Of a DNA stretch of 64,000 bases, positions 27,794 through 36,957 are shown piece by piece. Location of the stretch: positions 1,696,001 to 1,760,000 of the forward strand of contig CBDEFO010000008.1 of NCBI GenBank assembly GCA_965237525.1. The letters are read 5' to 3'. A model generated the notes under the pieces. That model saw only the letters and a list, made by a program, of their open reading frames with translations. It made no database searches and was not told where the DNA came from. The DNA comes from Candidatus Latescibacterota bacterium (GTDB lineage Bacteria; Latescibacterota; CBDEFO01). Positions within the stretch are counted from its first letter, which is position 1, and every line of letters begins with the position of its first letter. The translations under genes and the position numbers were made by a program.

Positions 27794-29291
27794 TTATTCC
27801 ACCCACTTGCTGACGCATGGAAAATCTTGGGGTATGCTGTCTATGATTCGACTTATATGAAGCCTACTATTTTTATCTAAATCAAGTAGCTTGAGGATGT
27901 CTTTTCGGGTCGGGACGCTTTCAGTCGCTTGGCCCTGCACGATTTCAACCTGAATGTGTGCAAGATAGTGCAGAAACCAAAGGAGCGTTCGCCTTGCCAG
28001 ACTCCGGGCCTCACGAAGATACCCTAAATAGGTTTGGTTCTCGGGCAGATTACCATGTACCAGATCAGATCGAATTTCATATAGTCTCTTAAATTCTTTT
28101 CTGAGGTCTTTTCTCTCCTTCTTGGTCTTTCCTAAAATTGAGGCGATCCGCCCAGCTAGTCGCTCTGTTATTCCTTCTCCCTCTTCTCCCAGGAGGGCCT
28201 CCAACACTGTGATGTGCCACAATAACTCCTCCAAATCTCCATATTCAGTGGAAAATGCTTTGATGAAGTAAGCCAGAGCAGTGTCCAGGAACTTCCACTC
28301 ATCATCCTTGGTTTCCAGACTATCAAAAAGACTCCCTATATGTTGGATAAAAGCCTTGAACGAGTCCGTTTCATTTTCATCAAGTGGGATATAAACTGCT
28401 GGCATCTCACCGATTTCCTCACCTGTCCCGTCAAGAATTGGATCTGTGCCCAACCTCCTCGGAAGCTCTGGTATAAATGTTGGGTGCGTGAGCAAGTTAT
28501 CATCCACCGTCAGGACAAAGGGAATATTGAGTCTCGCGTCCCGATAGATCCCCCGCCGATCGTTTCCATAAGTTCCTTTCCACCATCCTTCTTCCCAAAT
28601 TGTACAGTGCGAGTTTATGGAGGGCGGACTCGATGGCTCTGGGGTGCTTTGTGTACTTGATTCTCACATGACCAAGTATCGAGTCCCAATCGACAGGAAT
28701 GTGGTGATCTACTTCGGAGACAGGAACTTGCTCTGTGCAGTAGATGAACCAGTAATTCTGTAGCTGTAGTTGCTCTACATCAATATGGCTCCAGGGAGGA
28801 TAGAAAACCTCGTTAACTGTAGTTGAAAGAATTGTCTTCAGTTGATCTAATGAGAACGTTCGAACCTGAAATGCATCAAATTCCAATGGTTCAGCAAAAT
28901 TAACAAATTCCATTGGAGCAAGATAACTGATATTGATTTTCTGCCTTTTTGGGGCTTCACAATATTTCTGAAAGGTATCATCAAAATTAGGTCTCTTTCC
29001 CTCAAAAATATCCAGATAGTAACTAGACCGACGAAAGAATTGCTTGACGACAGCTTGACCTGCCGACTGTCTTTTCCTATGGTCTTCCGAAAGCAAAGAG
29101 AGGGTTTCTTTTGCCAATTGGCGAAACTCATCGCCGTTCTCCAGTTCATCAACCTTGTCCTGAAGTTCCCATGTCTTATTTATAACCAGCCTCAGTGGTG
29201 CTTTCACATTCGGCTTTTCACTCCGCTTCTGAAGCTTCGATTGGATGGCGTCCGTATAGTTGCGAAATGCTTTATATAGATTATCTGCCAT
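27794..29291 (-). pseudogene. ApeA-like HEPN-domain protein with a single frameshift near 28597
   Basis: ORFs 28500-29303 and 27794-28507 join if one T is removed from TAC AAT T TGG (...LALYN-WEEGWW...NIPFVLTVDDN). The C-terminus has LEALL and RSDLVH (Rx4H). Confidence 0.75.
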
Positions 29292-29386
29292 ATCTTTCTC
29301 CACCTCTATGCTGCTGTTTCACCTGATGGGTCGTTGGTTTGTGAAAGGACACAAAGTGTAAAGGCTTGTTTATTTCATCCGTAAAA

Positions 29387-30241
29387 CTACCCTGTCACCC
29401 CGAAGTTATCCAGAAAAATCACAAAATCGGACAGACCGACCTCTCCATCGTCATCCAGATCAAATATGGGATTCCAGTCAGACGAACTTGCCGTTGTCGC
29501 AAACGCATCCAAGAAAAGGACAAAATCTGAAAGGCCTACTTCATTATTCAGGTCGAAATCTCCTAAGAGTAGCGCTTGGGTGGGGCCTCCTTGGTCGTAA
29601 ACTAACACATCGTCAACCCAAACCTCACGTCCTCCAACTATCAAGCCGAGATTTTCTGACCCGCTGGATGTCGGAAACCCGGAAATATTGAAGACCTGGA
29701 TGAAATCATCGTCCACCCCTTCGCGAAGTGCCCACATCAAGGCATTTTCGTCTATGAGCGAAAGCTTGAGCCTCATCCATGTAAAAGGCACTGGGGAGCG
29801 TGCGACCTGGATTATGCGCAACCCTCCTTGAGTATCCCCCCAGCCGACCGCTGCCAAGGCCCCAGATATCCCGAACCAGAACCCTGAATCCGCTCCTATA
29901 TTCGCCGCTGTTCGGTTATTGCGGAAGTAGATGTTTGCGCCTTGATTCTGACTTACGTCCCAGATGCGTACTTCGATAGTATAATCCGAAGCTGCGAAGT
30001 TCGCGATGTTGATTACGGCGAAGTCAACTCCGTTTATCAACCGCGCTACGTGATTTCCATCCACATCAATGACATCCCATTCCCCGTTGACCACATCCCA
30101 TTTTTCCAGTCCTCCCGATTCAAAATCGTCAGCAAAGAGCGTTTCACCTGATGGGGTAGGCGCAAAGCCGATTGAACAGATCAAGAACAAAATTATAGTA
30201 GTTCCTGTTCCGGCTATGCTTACGTTAAGCTTTATTGACAT
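29387..30241 (-). CDS. Secreted beta-sandwich protein with C-terminal dockerin/EF-hand-like domain
   Basis: Signal-like N-terminus, LFADDFE...VWVDDVLV, twin repeats GDFDLNNEVGLSDF / FDLDDDGEVGLSDF. Confidence 0.8.
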   Translation of the reverse strand: MSIKLNVSIAGTGTTIILFLICSIGFAPTPSGETLFADDFESGGLEKWDVVNGEWDVIDVDGNHVARLINGVDFAVINIANFAASDYTIEVRIWDVSQNQGANIYFRNNRTAANIGADSGFWFGISGALAAVGWGDTQGGLRIIQVARSPVPFTWMRLKLSLIDENALMWALREGVDDDFIQVFNISGFPTSSGSENLGLIVGGREVWVDDVLVYDQGGPTQALLLGDFDLNNEVGLSDFVLFLDAFATTASSSDWNPIFDLDDDGEVGLSDFVIFLDNFGVTG

Positions 30242-30499
30242 GGTCTTTTCTCTACTTTGATACGGGAGAAATCTTTTGGAAATTCTTAAGTCCCAGAGTA
30301 TCTCAGTCCCGATGATTAATATAAGTACTCGATATATGTAAGTCAACTATTCAAGAGTTTGCTCTTTACTTCGGAGCGTTTTTTTCATACCTTATAGATA
30401 ACCGGCGTGTAGAGTCCATAGTTTGGGAATGCCTTTAGAGCTCAGGAAGTAGCTTAGCAAGAGCAGATAAAGAGTTTGGAAAGGATTGGGAGGTCGAAG

Positions 30500-31300
30500 A
30501 TGAAATTAGAAGGCAAAAAAGCCATAGTCACAGGCGGCGCAAGCGGGATAGGAAAGGGGATAGTTATGTGCATCGCCCAGGATGGAGCCGATGTAGCGGT
30601 TGTGGATTTAAACGCTCTTGAGGGCGAGAAGGTCGCTGCAGAAGTGGAGAACCTGGGGCGAAGGTCATTCTTTGTGAAAATGGACGTCACAAAGAAAGAA
30701 GAAGCGGCTTTAATGGTCAAAAGGGTACTCGATGAGCTCGAAACGATAGATGTACTCGTAAACAGTGTGGGAGCTATGAGTAAGAGGGTGGGAATGCCCT
30801 TTACTAACAACGAAGAGGAGGACTGGGATAGCATGTTTAACATCAACCTTAAGTCTCAGTTTCTCATCTGTAAGGAAGTCGTTCCACACATGATCTCCCG
30901 AAGGAGCGGAAAGATCATAAACATATCTTCAATAAGCGGCCCCCTCTCCAGTCAGACTAATCCCCCTTACAGTGTTGCAAAAGCGGGGATTATCACCTTC
31001 ACCCGTATTATGGCAAAGGACCTTGCTCCTCACAATATAAACGTGAATGCGATCTGCCCTGGAATTATCTGGACCCCTTTCTGGCTGGACCTTGCTCCGT
31101 CCATAGGTAAAGCTAATCCCGAATACGCCGGCTTGGAGCCGAGAGAACTCGTCGATAGATGGATAGAAAAGCTCGTGCCGCTTAAAAGGGAGCAGACGCC
31201 TGAAGACATTGGATACCTTGCGGCTTTCCTTGCATCCGATCAGGCGAAGAATATTACAGGACAGGCGATCAACGTCGATGGCGGAATCATAATGCATTAG
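30500..31300 (+). CDS. Short-chain dehydrogenase/reductase
   Basis: TGGASGIG, YSVAK, NVNAICPG, VDGG. Confidence 0.95.
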   Translation: MKLEGKKAIVTGGASGIGKGIVMCIAQDGADVAVVDLNALEGEKVAAEVENLGRRSFFVKMDVTKKEEAALMVKRVLDELETIDVLVNSVGAMSKRVGMPFTNNEEEDWDSMFNINLKSQFLICKEVVPHMISRRSGKIINISSISGPLSSQTNPPYSVAKAGIITFTRIMAKDLAPHNINVNAICPGIIWTPFWLDLAPSIGKANPEYAGLEPRELVDRWIEKLVPLKREQTPEDIGYLAAFLASDQAKNITGQAINVDGGIIMH

Positions 31301-31321
31301 ACTGAGACTTTCTCATTTGAA

Positions 31322-32164
31322 ATGTTCCGGCTACTAAACGAACTGAAGGATAAGATCTGCATTCCGGGTCCCCAGGTCGATATATCTGGATTAGAGATAG
31401 ATAACCTGAGGAAAAAATCAGTTGTGGTCCTCCCGGCGGGAGGAGAGGGCACCAGAATGCGTCAGCTTACAGAGGCGCAAGGTCTCCACAAAGTTGTTCT
31501 GAGACCCGAAGGAGGCGAAAGCCTGATCCAAAGGATCGTCGAAATGTACAGGGATGCAGGCCTGACAGAATTTGTAGCTTTGATATACTATGAGGGAGAG
31601 TCTGTAGTGAACGATTTGGGCGACGGGAGTTCGCTGGGCGTAAAGATAACTTATAGCCAAGACCCCGGAGGACCTGTAGGCAGAGGAGGAGCTATCTTAA
31701 ACGCTATGGAGAATGGGATATTAGCTGAGGGCAGTACACTTATTGTCCACAATCCCGATGATCAGATAGTCCGTTATTCCGGATCGTTTCCCGATGATAT
31801 ACTCAAAGGGCACCTTCAGGGTGCAAAAGAGGGAGCTGTAGCCACGGCTGTGGTTGTGCCCGAGACTCCCTACAGCTACACGGGCTTTAAGATCGAGGGC
31901 GGAAAGATAAGACAGATCGCTGCGTATCCTCCTGTGCCGATCCCTGCGCACACAGGAGTGACCGTTCTCGGACCTGAGACGTTTTCATACTTCAGAAAGA
32001 TATTTGATCTTTCAAAAAAGATGGACTTTGAGCCTTATCTCTTCCCTAAACTTGTGGAGGAAGACAGGCTCTATTCGGTGATCATCCCCTCCCAGTGCTG
32101 GATAGCTGTAAACGATCTTAAAGGATTAAGGGCATACCTGGAAGCTGTCGAGCGTAATGAATGA
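31322..32164 (+). CDS. Sugar-phosphate nucleotidyltransferase family protein
   Basis: LPAGGEGTRM, LGDGSSLGVKITY, GRGGA. Confidence 0.85.
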   Translation: MFRLLNELKDKICIPGPQVDISGLEIDNLRKKSVVVLPAGGEGTRMRQLTEAQGLHKVVLRPEGGESLIQRIVEMYRDAGLTEFVALIYYEGESVVNDLGDGSSLGVKITYSQDPGGPVGRGGAILNAMENGILAEGSTLIVHNPDDQIVRYSGSFPDDILKGHLQGAKEGAVATAVVVPETPYSYTGFKIEGGKIRQIAAYPPVPIPAHTGVTVLGPETFSYFRKIFDLSKKMDFEPYLFPKLVEEDRLYSVIIPSQCWIAVNDLKGLRAYLEAVERNE

Positions 32165-32764
32165 GCGCAATGGAGAAGTTGAAGGAGCAGGGTTTGACGC
32201 TTCGGGATGATCGTGTAGTCCTGCATCAGATGAGTGAGGACGAATGGGACATAGTGCTGAGGTGGAACAGCGACCCTGAGGTTCTTTATTTCTCAGAGAT
32301 GGAAGATGTCTCCGCGGATGGAAGATGTCTCCGAGTATAGGCTTGAGCAAGTGTAGCGGATATATCGGTCTGTATCTTGTGACGCTTTCTGCTTCATCAT
32401 CGAGTTGGACGGTGCCCCCATCGGTGAGTGCTGGCTTCAACGGATGAATATAAAGCGGATTTTAGAGGAACATACGGATTTGGACTGCCGCCGAATTGAC
32501 CTTTTAATCGGTGAGAAAGAGTTCTGGGGACGGGGCATCGGAACGTGTGTGATTCGCCTGTTGACAGAGTTCGGGTTTGAGAGCTAAGATGCAGATGCGA
32601 TCTTTGGTTGCGATGTGGCAGATTATAATACTCGGAGCAGAAGAGCATTTCAAACGGCCGGCTTTGAAATCTATTCTATCCAGAAGCAGGATCCCAGAAG
32701 TAAGGCAAACTGTTGCTGTGATTTGGTTCTTTGGAAAGAAAAGTGTCGCCAGAATCACACTTAA
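32161..32764 (+). pseudogene. GNAT (RimJ/Aac(6')-like) acetyltransferase pseudogene
   Basis: RWNSDPEV, IGECWLQ, IDLLIGEKEFWGRGIG, YNTRSRRAF; broken by a 19-bp tandem duplication (32298-32335) and two in-frame stops. Confidence 0.85.
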
Positions 32765-32878
32765 GCTGAATTTTTCTTCTTGCCCTTTGCGTTTTGGATA
32801 CTCGTATAGGACAGTCGTATCAAGATCAGCAAAAACTTGGGAGCTTTTGTCTCTCCAATCTGTCTTAAGGGGTGGCTA

Positions 32879-33514
32879 ATGTCGATCAAGAAAAAATCCA
32901 ACAATACCATGGAATCGAAGGTCTACAACGAGCATTCCGTCCCGGACTCGGAACTCCTATCCAGAGTTATAGACGGAGACTTAGCCGCTTTTGATGTGGT
33001 CGTAGATCGGTATAAGGGTAGGCTCTTAAACTTTGTCTTTCGGTTCATCGGAGACAAAGAAGTGGCCGAAGACATAGTCCAGGAGACCTTCTTAAGGGCC
33101 TATAGAAAACGGACACATTACGAAGCCATAGCCAATTTCTCCACGTGGCTTTTTACCATCGCGGGGAATTTAGCCAAGACCGAATTAAGACAGCGCAAAA
33201 GGTGGAGATTACTGTCTTTAGACTGGAACGATGAGACACAGACGGGCTTCGATATAGCTGACGAGTCTTACCGCCCCGACAGGGTGACCGAATCCGAGCT
33301 CATTCAGCGGAGCATACAGAGGGCAATCGATTCCCTGCCTCTGAACTACAAACAGGTAGTCATCCTGCGCGACATTGACGGAATGTCTTATCAGGACATA
33401 GCCAAGATCGTAGGCTGCCCCGTAGGAACCGTAAAGTCCAGGGTAAATAGAGGAAGACTCAGACTTCAGAAGAAACTCAAGGCAGAGGGTAAGGACATAG
33501 GGATAGACTTCTAG
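32879..33514 (+). CDS. ECF RNA polymerase sigma factor (RpoE-like)
   Basis: AEDIVQETF, FSTWLFTIA, SYQDIA...GTVKSRVNRGR; alternative start at 32909. Confidence 0.95.
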   Translation: MSIKKKSNNTMESKVYNEHSVPDSELLSRVIDGDLAAFDVVVDRYKGRLLNFVFRFIGDKEVAEDIVQETFLRAYRKRTHYEAIANFSTWLFTIAGNLAKTELRQRKRWRLLSLDWNDETQTGFDIADESYRPDRVTESELIQRSIQRAIDSLPLNYKQVVILRDIDGMSYQDIAKIVGCPVGTVKSRVNRGRLRLQKKLKAEGKDIGIDF

Positions 33515-33541
33515 CGCGCAAAAAGGAGGAAATGTAGGAAA

Positions 33542-34153
33542 ATGGACTGCAGGTTCTTTGAGAAGAAGATGGCTGACTACCTGGAAGGAAACTTGAGCCA
33601 GATAGAGGCCGAAGAGACACAAAGGCATCTGTCTTCGTGCCAGGCATGTTCCCAGAAGTTCAAAACTGTTAGGAACGTCAGATACGCCCTCAAGAATTTG
33701 AGGCGCATTCACCCCTCAATCGGCTTTAATTTTGCCCTTTACAGTAGAATTAAGCGTGAGATAAGAAAGCGTAGACCCCCGATTAAATCTATCGGGGGCA
33801 GGCCCTCGATTGAATCTATCGGGGGGGGATTTGCCGTGCGAAATGTTTCATCTCACCTTGTATCCATCCGCGCTCTTGCCTTTCTATCTGTTGCAGTTAT
33901 AGCGTTAGCTATCGTCTTTTTAACAAGAACAGACCCTGTGGTCAACAGCGACGCTATCCTTGAGACCTCCGACGCTAAAGAAATCTCGTCAGATTCTCAG
34001 ATGTCCGCAGGTTCTGCTAACTATGTTCTTAAAATAGTAGGGCCCCTGGATAAGTTAGGGGATGTCACTAAACGTGCTAAGACCCCTGCAGGGTCGGCGG
34101 AACCATCGCATCCACATCCTCAGACTACGACTGTGAAACACGTCACATTTTAG
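33542..34153 (+). CDS. Zinc-finger (ZAS) transmembrane anti-sigma factor
   Basis: MDC...HLSSCQAC (HxxxCxxC), one TM segment, directly after the ECF gene. Confidence 0.88.
   Translation: MDCRFFEKKMADYLEGNLSQIEAEETQRHLSSCQACSQKFKTVRNVRYALKNLRRIHPSIGFNFALYSRIKREIRKRRPPIKSIGGRPSIESIGGGFAVRNVSSHLVSIRALAFLSVAVIALAIVFLTRTDPVVNSDAILETSDAKEISSDSQMSAGSANYVLKIVGPLDKLGDVTKRAKTPAGSAEPSHPHPQTTTVKHVTF
33776..33825. repeat. Two in-frame copies of a 23-bp palindrome inside the anti-sigma gene
   Basis: CCCCCGATTAAATCTATCGGGGG and CCCTCGATTGAATCTATCGGGGG with a 27-nt period; an intergenic copy lies at 51428-51450. Confidence 0.88.
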
Positions 34154-34186
34154 CTTCTGTGGTATCTCGTAAGAAAGACACGCGCA

Positions 34187-35311
34187 GTGACTTCCTATTG
34201 TTGTAAGAAATCACCACTTTTTCCCTCCGCTCCCCCAAAAGTTCCCCGATATTTCTTGAGAGTCTCTGTCCTTTTCCTTTCGATCTTCTCATTTGTGCTC
34301 TGGTTTGTGCTCTGGGCAAACTTTCCGGCCCACGCCCAGGAGAACATCCTTGCCAAATTAGAAATGGAGATCTCCTCTATGATTGAAAAAGTAGGTCCCT
34401 CCGTAGTCAGCGTCCGCACTCAGAGAATAAGACGCGTCGATTGGCTGTCCCGACTCAGACAGGGCATCTTCAAAAGAAACAGTGTAGAATGGCAGATAGA
34501 TTTGGGCACAGGCGTGGCCCTGGACTCAACAGGGCACATCCTGACGACACAAGACGTCGTCTACGGAGCCGAACAGATCGAAATTATATCTTCCTCAGGC
34601 CGCATACGAAAAGCCTATCTTGTGGGTTCGGATAAAGAGTCCGACATCGCTGTCCTCAGGGTAGAAGAAACCAGATTCCAATCGGTCGAATTAGGAGACT
34701 CTGACAACCTTCGCCCCGGACAGTGGGCCATTATCATGGGAAACTCCCTGGGCGTGCAGGGGACCTCATTAGGGATAGTAAACGGACAGAATGAAAGGAC
34801 AGGACTCATCTACCTGACTGCCAGGGCCTGTCCCGGAAACAGTGGAGCCCCTGTCTTTGATAGCCGAGGAAGAGTCATCGGAATAGTTGTAGCTGCTATT
34901 TCCAACGGCGATATCGAATCCGAGAACAGATATTCCACCACCTCCGTCCATCCCTTGAGCTTAGCCGTTCCGATCAACACCGCCAGTAAAGCAGCCCTGG
35001 AGTTGATAGGGAAAAAGCGCCCGGAAGGCTGGCTCGGCATCACAGGATCAAGCAGTCTGGATAAAGTTCAAGGGCTCCTTGTGACCTCTGTTGAGGAAGG
35101 AAGCCCCGCTTATGCAGCCGGAATAAAGAGCAAAGACATCATGCTTGCATACAACGGACGGGAGATAGATGACATCTGGGAGCTTATGAGAAGAGTTAAG
35201 CGCACTACCCCGGGCAAGGCGGCAAAACTAAAGGTGTTAAGGGGAAAGCAAGAGATGTGGATAGACATTAAGATCGGAAGCAGGGCAAAAACAGTAGTCA
35301 GTAGAGGTTGA
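34187..35311 (+). CDS. HtrA/DegP-like trypsin-PDZ protein
   Basis: GTG, SDIAVL, PGNSGAP, one PDZ domain. The catalytic His motif reads ILTTQDVV. Start uncertain. Confidence 0.88.
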   Translation: MTSYCCKKSPLFPSAPPKVPRYFLRVSVLFLSIFSFVLWFVLWANFPAHAQENILAKLEMEISSMIEKVGPSVVSVRTQRIRRVDWLSRLRQGIFKRNSVEWQIDLGTGVALDSTGHILTTQDVVYGAEQIEIISSSGRIRKAYLVGSDKESDIAVLRVEETRFQSVELGDSDNLRPGQWAIIMGNSLGVQGTSLGIVNGQNERTGLIYLTARACPGNSGAPVFDSRGRVIGIVVAAISNGDIESENRYSTTSVHPLSLAVPINTASKAALELIGKKRPEGWLGITGSSSLDKVQGLLVTSVEEGSPAYAAGIKSKDIMLAYNGREIDDIWELMRRVKRTTPGKAAKLKVLRGKQEMWIDIKIGSRAKTVVSRG

Positions 35312-36607
35312 ATATCAAATGAAATCGGTGCACCTAATTTGATCTTTGTTTAGAGTATTAGTAGATTAAGTTGAGTTGATTGTCTTAACTTTAATCTACG
35401 GAGTCCTATGGACAAAGAGAGATTGGCCGTATTAAGACAAGAAGTCAACGAGATGTATTTTAAGAAAGAAATGTCAAAGCGAGAAGTTATCAAACAAGCG
35501 AGAGTTTCCAATGATTTCGTTACGGCTTGGACTAAATCTCTGGATCAGGATTTTGCCATGGATAATCGGGGTTGGCCAAAAGGAAAAAGGCGAAAATTGG
35601 CTAAAGTTGACGAACAGAGAATCAAAGAGATTTACCATAGCTTAGAGGACGATCCTTATCAGTTCTATTCAGGAGCCACTGTTATTGAACAAGAATGGAG
35701 GAATCGATATTCTAGCACCCCTCCTCCGTCGTTGCCGACTATCGGCAGAATGCTTTCAGATTTAGGACTTTCCCAGAGAAGGAAGAAAGGTAAAAACAAG
35801 GGTGCATCTCGTTATCTTTGTTATCCAGAGTATACCATTTACTATCTTTCAGGAGGCAGAGTCCTAGAATCAGACTTTATTGGTAAAAAGTATCTTACCG
35901 GCAGAACTGAGCCGGTCAACTTCGTTGGATTTTCCTTTAAGAAAGAGCCTAAGTTAAGGTATTTTCGGCGGGTTGACGGTCAAACAGCAACTAACTTTAT
36001 CGAGAAGTGTCAGTCTTTCTTTGACAGGTTTGAAAAACCAGATTTCGTTAAGGTGGACAATTGCTCGGCGACTATTGGCAGTGTTTCAGGTAAAAGGAAT
36101 GTCAGCAAAGCAATGCAGTTTCTCTTGAAAAATCAAGTGATTCCGATATTTGCCGTTCCCAGAAGGCCCTTTTCTCAAGCATCTATAGAAGGCAACAATT
36201 CTGTATTTTCAAGGAAGTTCTGGAACAGAATTCAGTTCAAAAGCTTACAAGAAGTTGATCAGAAGTTAGAATGGTTTAATCTTTCATCACAGAGATACAC
36301 CGGCTACCGTCCACCTAAGCAAGAGAAGTCAAACGAGAAAGATTTCATTCCCAAGACCTATTTTATCAGACAAGTCAAACAGGACACAGAACAGACAGAT
36401 AAAGCCTTTATCGATGTCCTAAATGAGAAAGTATCTCTTCCCTCCTCTTACACCAACTACTTTGTCCTGGCTGAATGGAACCTAAAAGAAGAACAATTAT
36501 ACATCCATTTTGAAAAAGAACAGAAACCAAAGATTGTCGAAAACCTATCATTCAAGATCAATCAAAGATCGAAAGAGAAGTGCACCGATTTCATTTGATA
36601 AATAACC
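35306..36607 (+). mobile_element. 1302-bp insertion sequence, family uncertain (rve/DDE type)
   Basis: 28-bp IRs GGTT(GAA/ATT)TATCAAATGAAATCGGTGCAC (25/28 match); 6-bp TSD AGTAGA at 35300-35305 and 36608-36613; AT-rich. Confidence 0.92.
35408..36598 (+). CDS. Putative DDE transposase
   Basis: N-terminal HTH-like region, PSLPTIGRML, candidate triad ESD / VDN / SIEG; fills the IS and its stop lies in the right IR. Confidence 0.85.
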   Translation: MDKERLAVLRQEVNEMYFKKEMSKREVIKQARVSNDFVTAWTKSLDQDFAMDNRGWPKGKRRKLAKVDEQRIKEIYHSLEDDPYQFYSGATVIEQEWRNRYSSTPPPSLPTIGRMLSDLGLSQRRKKGKNKGASRYLCYPEYTIYYLSGGRVLESDFIGKKYLTGRTEPVNFVGFSFKKEPKLRYFRRVDGQTATNFIEKCQSFFDRFEKPDFVKVDNCSATIGSVSGKRNVSKAMQFLLKNQVIPIFAVPRRPFSQASIEGNNSVFSRKFWNRIQFKSLQEVDQKLEWFNLSSQRYTGYRPPKQEKSNEKDFIPKTYFIRQVKQDTEQTDKAFIDVLNEKVSLPSSYTNYFVLAEWNLKEEQLYIHFEKEQKPKIVENLSFKINQRSKEKCTDFI

Positions 36608-36797
36608 AGTAGACAGTAGTCAGTAGACAGGGGGTGGCAAGATTCAGTTTGATAAAGACGTATTGCTTATGCTTTTCTTCTTAGGGTTCTTGTGAACTGT
36701 CGCGCTCACTCCTGTAGAACTTCTGACCGGAATCACTTTGACAGCTAATAGCTGCCATCCCCCTCCACCCGCCACTGGCCCCCGCTTCTCTCCTGGG

Positions 36798-36920
36798 GCC
36801 ACCGCACTTAAGATCAAAGCCGGTGAAACTATCGAGACCCAGCTTATAGCCGTTGTCCACTGGGGAAGTTAAAGAGTGTCGAAGATTACGCCTGAAGGGG
36901 AGGTAGTAGTAGGTAAGTGA
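36798..36920 (+). pseudogene. Possible orphan 3' gene fragment
   Basis: GTALKIKAGETIETQLIAVVHWGS*RVSKITPEGEVVVGK* reads like a protein C-terminus with an internal stop. Confidence 0.35.
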
Positions 36921-36957
36921 AAATTACTTAGTGAAAGCTGAATGGAGATGATAGTGT

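Noticed and set aside
32340..32600. Stop-codon readthrough or recoding in the GNAT gene
   Set aside because: TAG, TAA and a frameshifting duplication co-occur, which indicates ordinary decay
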